From contig NGBS01000294.1 of assembly GCA_002245135.1 (NCBI GenBank), forward strand, positions 1 through 64,000: a stretch of DNA of 64,000 bases, in the 5' to 3' direction. A program made the translations under genes and the position numbers. Positions 28,363-41,800 of the stretch are shown here, piece after piece; positions within the stretch are counted from its first letter, which is position 1; every line of letters begins with the position of its first letter. The DNA comes from Proteromonas lacertae (lineage: Eukaryota). Below the pieces are notes generated by a model. That model was not told the origin of the DNA. It worked only from the letters and a program-made list of their open reading frames with translations, and did no database searches.

Positions 28363-29898
28363 TTAATGAACAATTGCAGCATTTGGGTATGGATTACTTT
28401 CACTAAATGAATATAAAATGCAACAAATATACGGAAATGTATAATGCCAGAACTCTTCTTTACTTCCATTCGGATTTAATCCTTCTTCTTCATCATCAGT
28501 TGCATATTTCACTTGACACCAATAACATTGACAATTGTCTTTATTTGAATGATGATTTGGTGAACTTTGATCATACTATAAACAACATTAGTAACATAAT
28601 TAAACATACATTGTCGTACATACTACTACAATATTCTTTTCTCACATTTTTTTCGCAATAGTGACGTTTACAATTCATTGTTCCCATTCCACACCTCTCC
28701 AACTTCCCTGAAGCTAAATCACTTGTTGTAATTGGCGTCTGTGGTCTTGTATAACTCAAAGTTGGATCTAATCGACCTGTCTTTGGTACTGTAAATCCTT
28801 TCTATTTGATATTATATAAAAAAAGTAATAATTACATTTAAATTTCTATTAAAGTCAGATATGTCATATTCATAGATTGGACCAGGTGTAAAACTCTTTT
28901 CCCATGTATATTCTGGTGGTCTTTTTGTCTTTGGTATTACTCCATAGATTCTAACTTGAGGAACTGGATCATGATCTAAATAACTAGGTGGTCCCTATAA
29001 TACAAAATAATATTTTAAACAATTTATTGTATATAAATACAAGGTGTGGAGGAAATACGTTCCTTTCTACTTTACAATCCCCAAATCTACCTGTTCCAGC
29101 TGACCAATTCTCTCTTACTGGAAGAGATGTGTCATAATCACCTGGACCTGGTGTTGTTCGAGGGAATTCTGTTCTATGTGTTGATTCTTTAGGAAATACA
29201 AATCTGGTTGGTCTATTGATAATATAAAAAATATATATATTTAATACGCTTCTTTTACTGGTGCTGGATCCTGCTCATATTGACCAGGACCTGGCTGTGT
29301 TAGTGGTAATTTCTTATTTTTATTTTCTTCTTCTTCTTTATCTTCTTTTTCATTTAGAGTTGGACTTGCTGTTTTTGGCCTATTGGATAATGCACTTTTT
29401 GGCCTTGGCCTGGGTGATTTCTTAGTTTCTAACTGAATATTCTTCTGTGAAGCACTTTGCATAGCTTTTATTGGAGAAACATTTGCACTTTTGGATATTG
29501 TGGTTGTTGTGGGTGGTTCACTTGTTATTATATTTAAATCAATTACATCAAATCTAGAATTACTTCTAGATGGAGCTGTATGTATTAATCTTTCTCTAGG
29601 CTGATAATTATCATCTATTTCTATTGTTCTAGCTAAGGATGTACCATTTAAATTTATTTGTTTGGGTGGATGAGGTGAAACACCAAATACTCTCACCGGA
29701 GTATATACTCTACTTTCTGTTTGTGTAAATGCGTTTATTCCTCGACGATACCCAAACTAAATAAGTAAAGAGAATCAGATATACTGCACTTTTGTTTCTT
29801 CTTCTGCCACTTGAGTCCATCCTTGCTGCTCCATATGTAGGAACCTTCGATGAAAAATATCTATCTGTAGGATTCTTTGGCTTAAGCGGAGTTACCAT
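28363..29898 (-). CDS. SHIPPO/ODF3-type PGP-repeat protein (multi-exon)
   Basis: Repeats PGPGQY, TPGPGDY and TPGPIY in successive exons; basic low-complexity protein. Confidence 0.65.
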
Positions 29899-30203
29899 TA
29901 ATCGAGCTAGAGTGTATTACAAATCAAAATATTCATACATGATTCGAAAAAGTAGCTTCCTGGACTTTTTAAATTATTTGTACCGAGAAATAGATCCATA
30001 ATATACTCAATAAAACAAAAACAGAAAAATGAGTAAATACATGTAAATTACTTTTGTGACAATATAGTCGTTTCATACTTTCTTTTCTTAATTTCAACAA
30101 ATTGGATTATAATTTTGCTCTCTTATATCTATATCACAATAGTAAATATTATCCTATTTCCAAATCAAAAACAAAAATTATAAAATAAGAAATATTAAAT
30201 CAT

Positions 30204-32867
30204 TTAAAAATCATTTAAATCATATACATCATAATTATTATACTCATCATCATCATCATCATCATCATATACATTTTTATTATCATCATCTTTCTTCTGC
30301 AAATCCTTTATAGTTATTCCTTTTCCACATATTATTACTCCTTCATAAACTGGTTCTTCTTCTTCTAAATCTATTCCAATAATTTCTTGAATTTTTAAAA
30401 ATGAATCTTCTTCATCTTCATCAACACTATGTCTTTTATTTTTACCTTTACTCTTTACTGTTTTAGTAGTTTTTTCTGGTCTTTTCTGTAAGGGATGACT
30501 TTGAATTGTATATTTTCTTTTCTTTACATTATTATTATCACTACTTTCTGTTTTTAATTTATTAATAATTACGTTATTTGTTTTTTTATTTACATTTTTT
30601 GTATTATTATTATTATTATTATCACTAATTTTGTTTATTTTTGATTTTGAGTTAAAACTTTTGTGTTTCATTTTTGTCACTTCATCATCACTTTTATAAG
30701 CATTTGAATATTTATCATTCGTATGATAACTTAAATAATCAGGAATGTTATGGATTTTCTTCACTTTATGGCTTTTTGTTTTATTCTTCATATTGTCTTT
30801 ACTATTATTATCGGAATCTTCAAAATCATCTATTGAACTAAACTTCCTTGAACCACTAAATGACTTTGAAAATGATGATTTATTACCGTTATTATTATTA
30901 TTATTATTATTAAAAAAAGAAGATGATGAGGATGAAAAAGACGTAGAAAAAGCATCATTGCAAGATTTAAAACGAGGAATAGCAGAAGAATTCAAAATAT
31001 CATTTGAATCGCTTGAATAAATGTTATTATCTTCTTCACTATATACATTTAATCTATTATTTCGTATATAATCATTCAATTCTTCATTTTCTTTTATCAA
31101 TTTATCATTTTCTTCTTTTAGATACTTTTGTTTCTTTTCATATTCTTTTTCCATTTCATTAAATACACCGATTGATATATATTCACTTCTATCATCATCA
31201 TCATCATCATTACCTTCACTTCTTTTTAGTTTTGTTTTTAAATGTTCATTATTATTGTTCATTTCTATTTCTTTTACTTCTTTACTAAACCTCAAAATAG
31301 AAACAGTTTGATCCATATTATCAATTTTTGGATTTATTGTTAATAAATAAACTATTCTACTATTATATGTGAATATATCTTTTAATATTAACCTCAGTTT
31401 ATTATTCACTATTGGTATAACAGCATTATCATTATTTATAGATTGTATTATATTCCATATACCACCACTATAACAACATGTATCTACTGTTTTATCATTA
31501 ACTACACTTCCTGGTGATTCTATTAAAAACAACTTTTTTTCATTTACAATTGCATTCTCTTCACTTTCATTATATTCTTTTATATATACTGCTAAAATAT
31601 AATCACTACAACTATTTGACTTTTTATTATCACATCTTATTGAATGCATACTTTTCATTATTTTGTCTATATCATCTATTGAATTTATATCACTTTCTGT
31701 TATTATTTCGTTTATTGTTTCATTATAATATTCGACTAATGACAATCCTAGTTTATATTTCTTCATTTCACCTTCTTCTTTTATTTTCAATTTCTTAAAT
31801 AAATCATTAATTATTGAACTACACAATCCATTTTCACTTTCATTACCATACAAATTAATATTTTCACCATTATTAGTAATTACACCTACATTATATCCAT
31901 CTAATAATAAACTAACAACTGATTTATAATCTTCATATATTTCATTATTATTATTATTATAACATCTATCAAATATATATTTATTTGTTACTTCTTTACT
32001 CTTTGTATTTATTATGGAGATAGAGTTATTATTGTTGTCATATTGAATTAAATTATTATTATCATCACAATTTGTATTTACTGAATCAATTTTTATATGT
32101 ACTGTTATATTATTATTTAATTTTAATAGTCTATTATTCAATTTCATATTTTCCATTGACAATTCTTCAATTTCTTTATTAAGTATTTCTTTTTCTTGGT
32201 TTTCTTCATTTTCATAAGCTTTTAATAAATTTTCACATATTTTCAATTGATTTGAATCTAATGATGAAGTAATAGACATGTTAGGATGATCAGTAATTGG
32301 TTTTGATTGGCAATTTAAATTATCATATAATAATTGAAGTGTCATTGATTGATTTTGGGGTAAAGTGGATAAATATTTTACAGAAGGATCGAATATTGGT
32401 AGTATACCTTTATATTTCATTTTGATTGAATTGAAAAACAAATTTTGCTCTGAATTAGATATGTCAGTGGGAATACTATCCAGTTCTTCCTATTTAACTA
32501 TAATATAGTATAAAATACAAGACATGCTGATAAATTCCTTAACAACTCTGAGATATGAGATTTTGTATCTGTCAGTGTGATGTCTTGTTCTTCAAAAGAA
32601 AATGATTTTGTATTTTTCTATGTGAAATGACTATTAAAAAATGTTATACAATTGGAGAAAGTGAAGGTGAACTAAAACTACTATCTGACTTGGTTTTCTT
32701 CTAATTAAATCATATGATTGTAATAAAATACAGATCCTGTTGAATTTGATGTATCTTTTATTTTACCAACCTTTTTCTTTGAAATATGTTTGGATGTGAA
32801 CAAAATGTAATTAAGAATAACTAAGTAAATAAATTTCAAAAGGATATGATTTTTCACTAGGTTTCAT
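30204..32867 (-). CDS. Divergent kinesin-like protein with degenerate motor domain (5' end uncertain)
   Basis: YIFDRCY, LLDGYNV, LSLVEYYNETI, NKLRLILKD, TVSILRF are kinesin landmarks; flanking coiled coils; nucleotide-binding motifs are degenerate. Confidence 0.7.
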
Positions 32868-32954
32868 GGTCTGGAGCTTTATGTGTAAATAGTAATTAAG
32901 AAAAGAAAAACTATCAAGCCTAAAGATTGGCTCGATTGTAGTTTCATTTCTAAA

Positions 32955-35703
32955 ATGAATCAAGAGAACTGGAATAACAATCCAGGTGATTTAAAGCCTG
33001 CTAACCAAACCAATTATTTTATGCCGGCAAATACACCGGTATATAATCTGCCACTCCATTCTACACCGATTGTAGTTACACCTCCACATATGGCTAATCA
33101 GAATACAGTAGAATCTGGGCAAGTCAGAAGAGAATCTCAATTCATGAAATTTTTCAGAAAGAATGGTAATTCTTCAAATAGTGGTGAACAAATGAATCAA
33201 CCTATTCAACAAAATGCTCCCAATACTTCACCAATCAATGTTGTTTCACCAGATTTTCAACAACAGCAACAGAATCCATTAATGCAACAGGTACCTGCAC
33301 AACCGCAAATGCAAAATCAGCAATTTGCGCTCTTTCATTTTCAGCAACAACCACAACAACAAAATTCTCAACAGTTGTTTCAACAACAACCTCCTCAACC
33401 ACCAATACAGCAACAAATACCACCACCACCACCTCCTGCAATACAACCAAATACTCAACAAACTCGAGGTGTTTCACTCATTAATCCAATACCACAGAAT
33501 TATATACAACCACCTCCACCTCCACAGCAGCAGCAACAACCATTACAACAATCACAACAAATACCACTCCAACCTCCAGTTATTCCTCCACAACAACAAC
33601 AACAGCAAATGTCAATTCCAATGCAAATTCCAATTAATAATATGATGAGTTATATCACAGTGTCACCTACAATAGTTCCACCAAAATCACCATTAACTGT
33701 AATATTCTATATCCCCATACAATTAGTAGGTGATAAAGATTGTATTGGGATATATCAAGAAAGAGAAATTGATGTACAAAAACATATTACTTTTAAGAAA
33801 TTACCCAATAAACAAGAGAGAATAAAATCTAATAGTATTAATAATCCAATGAAAATTACATTCCATTCACCAATAGCAGGTGGTCGATTTGTTATTAAAT
33901 ATTATGATGAAGAAATGTGTAAACTACAAAGTGATCCATTTGTAGTAAAAGTATATATATATGATTTATGATTTATTTGTTTTATAGGTAAGTGGTACTG
34001 ATTTAGATCAAGTCTGCAACCATCTCTGTGATAAGAAGAACAGAGGTTATTTCCACTCAATATTCTCCATCAGAACAACCATTCCATTTATACTAGATTG
34101 TGATGGATGGAAAAGACCAGCAACATTAATAGAAAAATTAAACAGTTTAAAAGATGAATTACAGACTGATCCAAAACAAGAAGATGTTATTAGCGAAGCA
34201 CAGCAGAATAAAAGTAATCTATTTCAAGGTTTACTTAGAAGATTTTTTGAAAATAGGGCTGTTGTACATTATATTCCAGATAATTTGATTTTACCATTTA
34301 AACAGTTATATCAAAGTTATTGTTCATTATGTGAAATTTATTATCCAAAGACATTTGCTACACATATGAAGAAGGTACATAATCTTGAATTTATTAACCC
34401 TGGATCTGATTCAACATCATCATCTATTAGAATTTCTCACGACTTTCATGAGAATTTATCTAAAGCAATATCTGAATATAGTGAGAAGTGTAGAATACCT
34501 AAAGAAAGAGAAAATATGATTAATTTTGTGTGTGAAAAATTAACCAAAGTTTTGAGACAATACCCACAATATGATGATGTAATAATCAAGCCATTTGGCT
34601 CGAGTGTAAATGGTTTTGGTACACCAACTAGTGATTTAGATTTGTGTATTGTTACAAGCTCTAAAATCTTAAACAAAGATGAGAAAAAAGAAAGAATAGA
34701 AAAATTAGCTGAAGTGTTGAGTAAAGAAGGATATTTGAATATTAATGATAGTAAAAAGTATACATTTATATTATATTATATATAATGTAATAGAAATGCT
34801 CGTATACCTGTATTAGAATTTGTTGATCCAGATTATAAATTTGAATGTGATATAACATTCAATAATATTTTAGCACTTCGTAATTCATCATTATTAAAGA
34901 CATATTGCAATATTGATATTAGAATCTATACATTAGGAATGATTATTAAGAAATGGTATATTTTTAAATATAGTTTCTACGAAAGTTTCCACTTTTTTCT
35001 ATTTTTCTTTTTATTTCATTAATTTTATATTTTTATAGGGCATTACATCGTGGTATGAACAATCCAGAATATGGTACATTATGTACATATGGATATATAC
35101 TAATGTTATTAAGATATCTACAAATCTGTGATCCACCTATCTTATTATCTCTACAAACCCTTCCACCTAATTGGGATGGTGTTAGTTATGGTAAAAAAGA
35201 TTATATTCAAATGTATCGATTAATGTCTTCCGATAATCTGCCAGTTGGAACTTATTTTTATTCCAAGAATGATCCTCGTCTTAGCCAATATGCGAATGAT
35301 AATAAGAGCACAATATCTGAATTGTTACTAGGCTTTTTTAATTATTATGGAAATGAGTTTGATTATAGAGAAGATATTATTTCAATTAGACAGTTAGAAA
35401 CAATCGATAAATTGTATAAAGTGAATACATGCAATTGGATACCGGGTAACACTTTAGGGTATTAATTTATAGTAATTAATAATATTTACGTATAGAATTG
35501 AAGATCCTTTTGAAGATTACTATAATGTAGGGCATATTATAGAAGGCTGGAATTTAATGACTTTGAAATCTCAATTTTTGGTATATATTTGCTTATCAAT
35601 GTTTATTATTGTATAGTCAACGTATAATGCAATTTACAAAGCTTTTAAGGAAGGGAAAAGTGGTGAGAATTGTTTGAGTATTCTAATAGGAGAAAGTAGT
35701 TAA
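32955..35703 (+). CDS. Cid1/TUTase-type non-canonical poly(A)/poly(U) polymerase with Q/P-rich N-terminus (multi-exon)
   Basis: PFGSSVNGFGTPTSDLDLC, ARIPVL, CDITFNN.LALRNS, ELLLGFFNYY, IEDPF. Confidence 0.9.
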
Positions 35704-35866
35704 AAATCTTATAACTCGATAATTTTTTTGAGTTCTATTATAACATATTGTTGTAAAGGTTTTTTTCAAGTCGCTATGAATAGAAAATAATAAGATATGC
35801 AAAAACGAAACGAATAAATTCTGAATTAAATTTAATTTTTGATCGTTTCAGATTTATAACGAACGA

Positions 35867-38800
35867 ATGAGATTATTTGCTTTATTGATATTGTTAAGTG
35901 TAATAAGTTCATTTGATGTAGGGTATTTTAAGAGAAATAGTGGAGATGAAAGATATATGAAAGTTATGGAATTATATGCTAAGAATGTCACAACAAATTC
36001 TTCGATAGAAATAAATATAGTGCCGTGTGATTATAGCACTCCAGGAAGGGAAAAAGTAGATAATTGTCTCAAGGAGTTGGTTGATAAGAAAATTACACTA
36101 ATATATGCTTATTGTGATAAGCACATATTAAGTACAGATGACAAATATTTAAATGATAATGATGTGCTAATTTGGTGTGTTAATACTTTCAATGTGGGTA
36201 TGTGTAAGAAACATCACATTATGGGAACTTCTCTAACCAACAGCATCAATATAAGTATATTTTATATAATATGGTTATCGTTTAGTTTCATTTATCATCA
36301 GTAATATTGGAGGATCTGCTGCATTTCTAGGTGGGAGTGACTCAGATGGAATAGATGAATTCTATCTACAAGATTTCGCTCCTGCACTAAAAGGGATGGG
36401 TTTAGCACTACTATTTAACACAACCACCACAACAGCTCAAGATATCACTGATTATATAGATGTCTTGAAGAAATACTATAATGATCATCCAGATGAAGCA
36501 ATCGTGACATTATCATCTATTAAAAATCCTACATTAATTCAACAGTTAGTAAATGGTATTAAAACAGCAGGAATTGATGCTGATCATCATACTTTATTTT
36601 ATCTTCAAAGTGGAATATTATCTACTGAAGTAGATACAATTGCAACTGGTGATGCTACATTTAAAGCTAATAATGAAGGAAATGTAGCGTTTAGAGCTTA
36701 TGATACAGTGATTGATAATGATGAATCGAGGTTTTATCAAGAAAAAATATATGATAGTTCAAATACAAAATCTGTGTCAATAGAAACATATCAGTATATA
36801 TTTATATATAATAATATATTTATAATAATTATAATAGTACTGGATTAATAAAATTACTGTTCTACGCTTTAAATTTAACAGTTGATGTAAATAATTTAAC
36901 AAATACCAGTCCATATACTTTACTCTCAATATTGAATGATGAAGTGATTAATTATGCAGGTGGAAATATATTGTTAGTACCAAACCATTATATTGTTACT
37001 ACTTACTATGGTTTTCAATATGTAACTGGCGGTGGTATTGAAACTGCGTTTGAAATCCCATATAGTTTGAGATTCGAGCCAAACTCAACATTTGGTGAAA
37101 TACAAACAGAAACTTGTAATTTTAAAATGAATGAAGATACAGGAATAAGTGCATTTGATACCATCAATGTGATATTAATACAGAATTTAACATCCTATCA
37201 TTGTTTCAATGAAAATGTGAATAGGAGAATGATTAATGCATTAGTAGATGAAGTGAATTTTCAAGGAGGAGTTTTAGGTAAACAATTACAATTCACATTT
37301 TATGAATTATCAAATGATAAAGATGTGTATTTACAAGCTGAAGAAATAGTTGAGATTTGTAATACGTCAAATATTCATACTATATTGTTATTATCCACTG
37401 TTGAAACAAGAGATGTAATATATAATACATTTGAAGAAGCATTTGACAATGAAGGTGATGATGATGATGATGTTTTTGACTATATGATATTTTATTATGG
37501 ACCAAATGAAGGTGAATTGTGTAAAGAGAAAATGATATTTGCAGGTGTGAGTCAATATAATTATGTTCAAACTGTAATGGATTATATATTAACTCAATCT
37601 TATGATTATATAATGATATTAGGTTCAGGTTATAAATATGGATTAGGAATGCAAAAAACTATAAAAGAACAGCTTTATACAAATGGATATAACTCAAGCC
37701 AAGTTGCTGTTTGGAATTTATTGAATGAAGATGATACACTAGACAATGTAAAACAAATTTTAACTACTAGAATTTTAGGCTTGAATAAGACAAACCTTCC
37801 TGTAATAGTAACAGCTGAAAAAGAGTTTCATTTTACATTATTTGAAGCAATGAAAGATTTAAAGATAGATGAAGAACATGGATATACAGTTTTTGTAATA
37901 ACTTTGGATATTATACAAGCACAATCAATTGGTTATAGTTATATAAATAACACAATTTATACAACACAATATTATACAGAAAATAAAGAATTTGTTAGTG
38001 ATGATCTATTCTTTTATGTACATAAGAAAATGATAAAAGAAGTTGGTACTTATATTCCAATATCTTCAGAAATGGTATTGTTATTTACAGTCTATCAACA
38101 GTGGAGAAGGTCTGTTGTTACAGCTGGAAATGAAAATCCAAAATTATATAGACAATTCCTATATCATCAAAAGACAGATGATCTTATATCTGGAACTTAT
38201 GAAATATATTATAATGGATATGGTCAAGCACCATTGTTTTTATTAAAAGTATATATTCTATTATTATAATTATTATAAAATAGCTACATGCTATTGATGA
38301 TTCTAATGCAACAATTGAAGTAGTGAGTAAAGATCCAATATCTAGAAGACCTTATACATATGTTAATCAAAAGAATAAAACATGTGATTGGAGATATCGT
38401 ATATAATAATAATAATATTTTATATATTTTTTTATATATAGCTGACAAGCCAATATTTGAAAGTTCAGTTTATAGAGTTGTTACATTGTTTTATTCAAAG
38501 AGTAAAGTAGGCGTAGAAGAATATAACAGTTTATTATTAATATTAGATTTAATCAATCAAGATGGTGGAATTAATGGTAAAGAATTGTTGTTAGAGTTTA
38601 CTAATTATGATGGAGATTATAAGAATATAGTTTCTGAAGCTGAAGGTGCTTTGAATAAATTTGGAGATAGTATTTTATGTTTTATTGGTGGAACTTCGTA
38701 TATATTTATTATCTATTTATATATATCCTTGTAGTAAAGAAGAATTTGATGCAGTAGATGATTTTCTAAAAGAACATGAATTATTATTGTTTTCAGTAGA

Positions 38801-41800
38801 TCCAGTTCCTGGTAATTTTGCCTATAGAAACATAATATTCGTATATAATAATTGTTTTTATTTTATTTGTGTTTAATAGATGAATTATGTATCAACTCAA
38901 TTTGTAGAATTTCAAATATATTGGTTATTAAGCAATTATGATAATTTCATGTTTATTGTTACTCCAAATATTACACCACTACTAAAAGCAGAATTAGAAT
39001 TTGTTCAAAGTTTATATCAATACTATAAGATCACTCCAATTAAAGAAACTATCTATTACAATGTTTCAACAATAAAATCAGTATTGAATGAAACAGTGTA
39101 TAGCTTAAATGATACAGCAGAAAAAGAGCCAGTAATGATTGTAACAGCATTAGATTCAGATACTATTGATTTCTTACAAGTGTATAATGATCTAAATATC
39201 GATCAAACAAGATTCCCTGTAGTTATATCTGATTATTCACAAGATATGTATAGTGAAGATAATCAACATTTATGGAAAGGACATTTTGCTTCTAAATTAT
39301 ATGATCAAAAAACAACTTATAAAGAAAATACACTTTTAAAAGATACAATTAATACATATAAAGGATCTGCTGAGACTAATATAAACCAGAGGTTTATACT
39401 TATGTATGATATATTCCAATTCTTTGCCTATGCAATTCCAAATGCAGAAAATGAAACTACAATAGCAGTAAAACAGAAAATGTACAATGCACAATTAGAT
39501 TTACCAGATGGACCAAAATCATTATATGCTACAAATTATGCGACAAGTCATTCGTTAGTATTTCATTTTGGTGATACAAAAGATGATGATGAGATAGTAA
39601 TGGATTTGTTTTATCCACTTGGTCAATTCCCATATCATTTCTTAGTATAATTTTTTTTAATCGTTTTATAAAAATAGACTAACCAAAAACAATATTATGT
39701 ATCTGATTTTAGTTATGGACAAGATATAGAGAAAACTGGAGCAAAGTATTATGGAATTGCTTTTTTATTTGAATTGAAAGATAGAAATCAACAAGGTTAT
39801 TCAGATTACTTATTTGTTAAGAGTAATATTGAATATGCAAATTATTATGGAGGTATAAAAGGAAAAAGAATTGTATATTTTATATCATTATATTATATTA
39901 TATCAAAATAGTATTCAGAATTATATCAATGTCCAGAAACAGTCGCAGAAGGTGCAGATCTTGTCTTTGATCTATATGAAAGAGGTTTTAATATAATCAT
40001 TGGTGGATGTGATGTAAGAAGAAGAGATTTAATAGTTGATAGGTTATTGCCATTAGAAATGATAATGTTTTATTTAGGTCCAGATACTGGAAATCATTGT
40101 AAAGAGAATGTATTTTATATGAATATGCATTTTACACAAGGAATTCAACCTGCATTATTGCATTTCTTATATACACAAAATGAAGATTTTGGATTTATTT
40201 ATTCATTAAAATCAAAGTTTGAAAGTGTTATTACATTTATCAATACTATGTTAGATGCTTGGAATGTTAAACCATCCTATTCAAAAGGTGTAAATAATGA
40301 AAATCGTAATGAAGAGCAAATATTAGAAAACTTCAAAATGGAAATGAGTAGGTTACATGAGAATTTAACAAATGGTGGAAATATCTTAGCAATTTTTGAA
40401 GATAGAGATTCAGAATTGTTCTTTGAATCACTATATGATTATGTGAAGAATTTGTATGGTGTAGATGCTGAAATTCAAGATTATTTCACTGTCTATATGA
40501 TTGATTTTTCACATACAACATTCAGAGAAAGACCAGAAACAGCAGAAGGTCATTATATTTACACTCCATTTGCATTTGATGATAGTAATATGAATATAGT
40601 AAACTACGAAAATAATTGGGATAAAGTAACGAATAAAAAACAATCTAGATATGTTGATGTATTAGCTGGAGTAACAACACAGTTTATATTACAAATCTTT
40701 CAAGATTCTAAATCTGATGATTATGAAGTGATGAGACAACAGATATATACAACTACATTAGATACAGCTATAGGAACATTGAGATTTGATGCTGAAAATA
40801 GATGTTATCAGAGTTTCTATATAGCCAAAGTAAATAAGAAAGGAGAAGTGTATGTCGAAAAGACAATAAGTACAGAATTTCCAGCTGAAACTTATCATGT
40901 TAATTTCAATAGATTATTCTTCGCAGTTTGTGATTGGAGAGATGCTAAGAAAGAAGTTATTAAAAGAGATATGATTAGATTTGGCTTGATATTACCAAAT
41001 AGTAAAGCAAACAGAGAAAGTGGAATTGAATTCTATCAAGGACTTTATACTGCAGTGAATAATTTCAATTTAAATGGAGGTATAGATGGTAAATATATTT
41101 TATTGAATATTGTTGGTGATAATAATGATCCAGACTATGCTGCATTACAAATGGAAAAGATGTATAATGAAACGAATATATTTATATTCTTTGGTGGTTG
41201 GACTAGTGAAATAAGAAAGAGTTTACATGAAGTTGCAGTTAAATATAATTGTCTGTTATTTTTCCCATCTAATTATGAAGGAGAAGAATGTTATTATAAT
41301 GGATTCTATGCTGGAATGCCTTATTCTAGTTATTATGCTATTGTGCCTCAGATCATGAGTAATAGTAACGGATATATTATTTTATTATATGGAACAGCTG
41401 TAAGAAGTGTCTATTTTGCTGAACATTTAAAAGAAGACTTAGAATATTTCAATATAGAATTGAATATGTTTACACAAATACCACCAGATATAACAGATTT
41501 AAAATATGCAGTAGAAAATATCAAGAAAATATGTCCAAAAGGAGCAATTATTATTTCATTGTTAGATGGATCAACTCGAATGAATTTATTATCAGAATTA
41601 TACAATGCTGATGCTAGACCACCATTGTTTGTTGTATATAATATTAATTTGGATGATACAATGGTGAGTGAATCAACATCTATAATAAACGATCAATATA
41701 TTTACGATTCATTTGTACATGATGATAGTAATGAAGATTTGACGAAATATGATAAGCTATTTAAGAATTTATTTACATTCATAAAAACTGCCAATTATTT

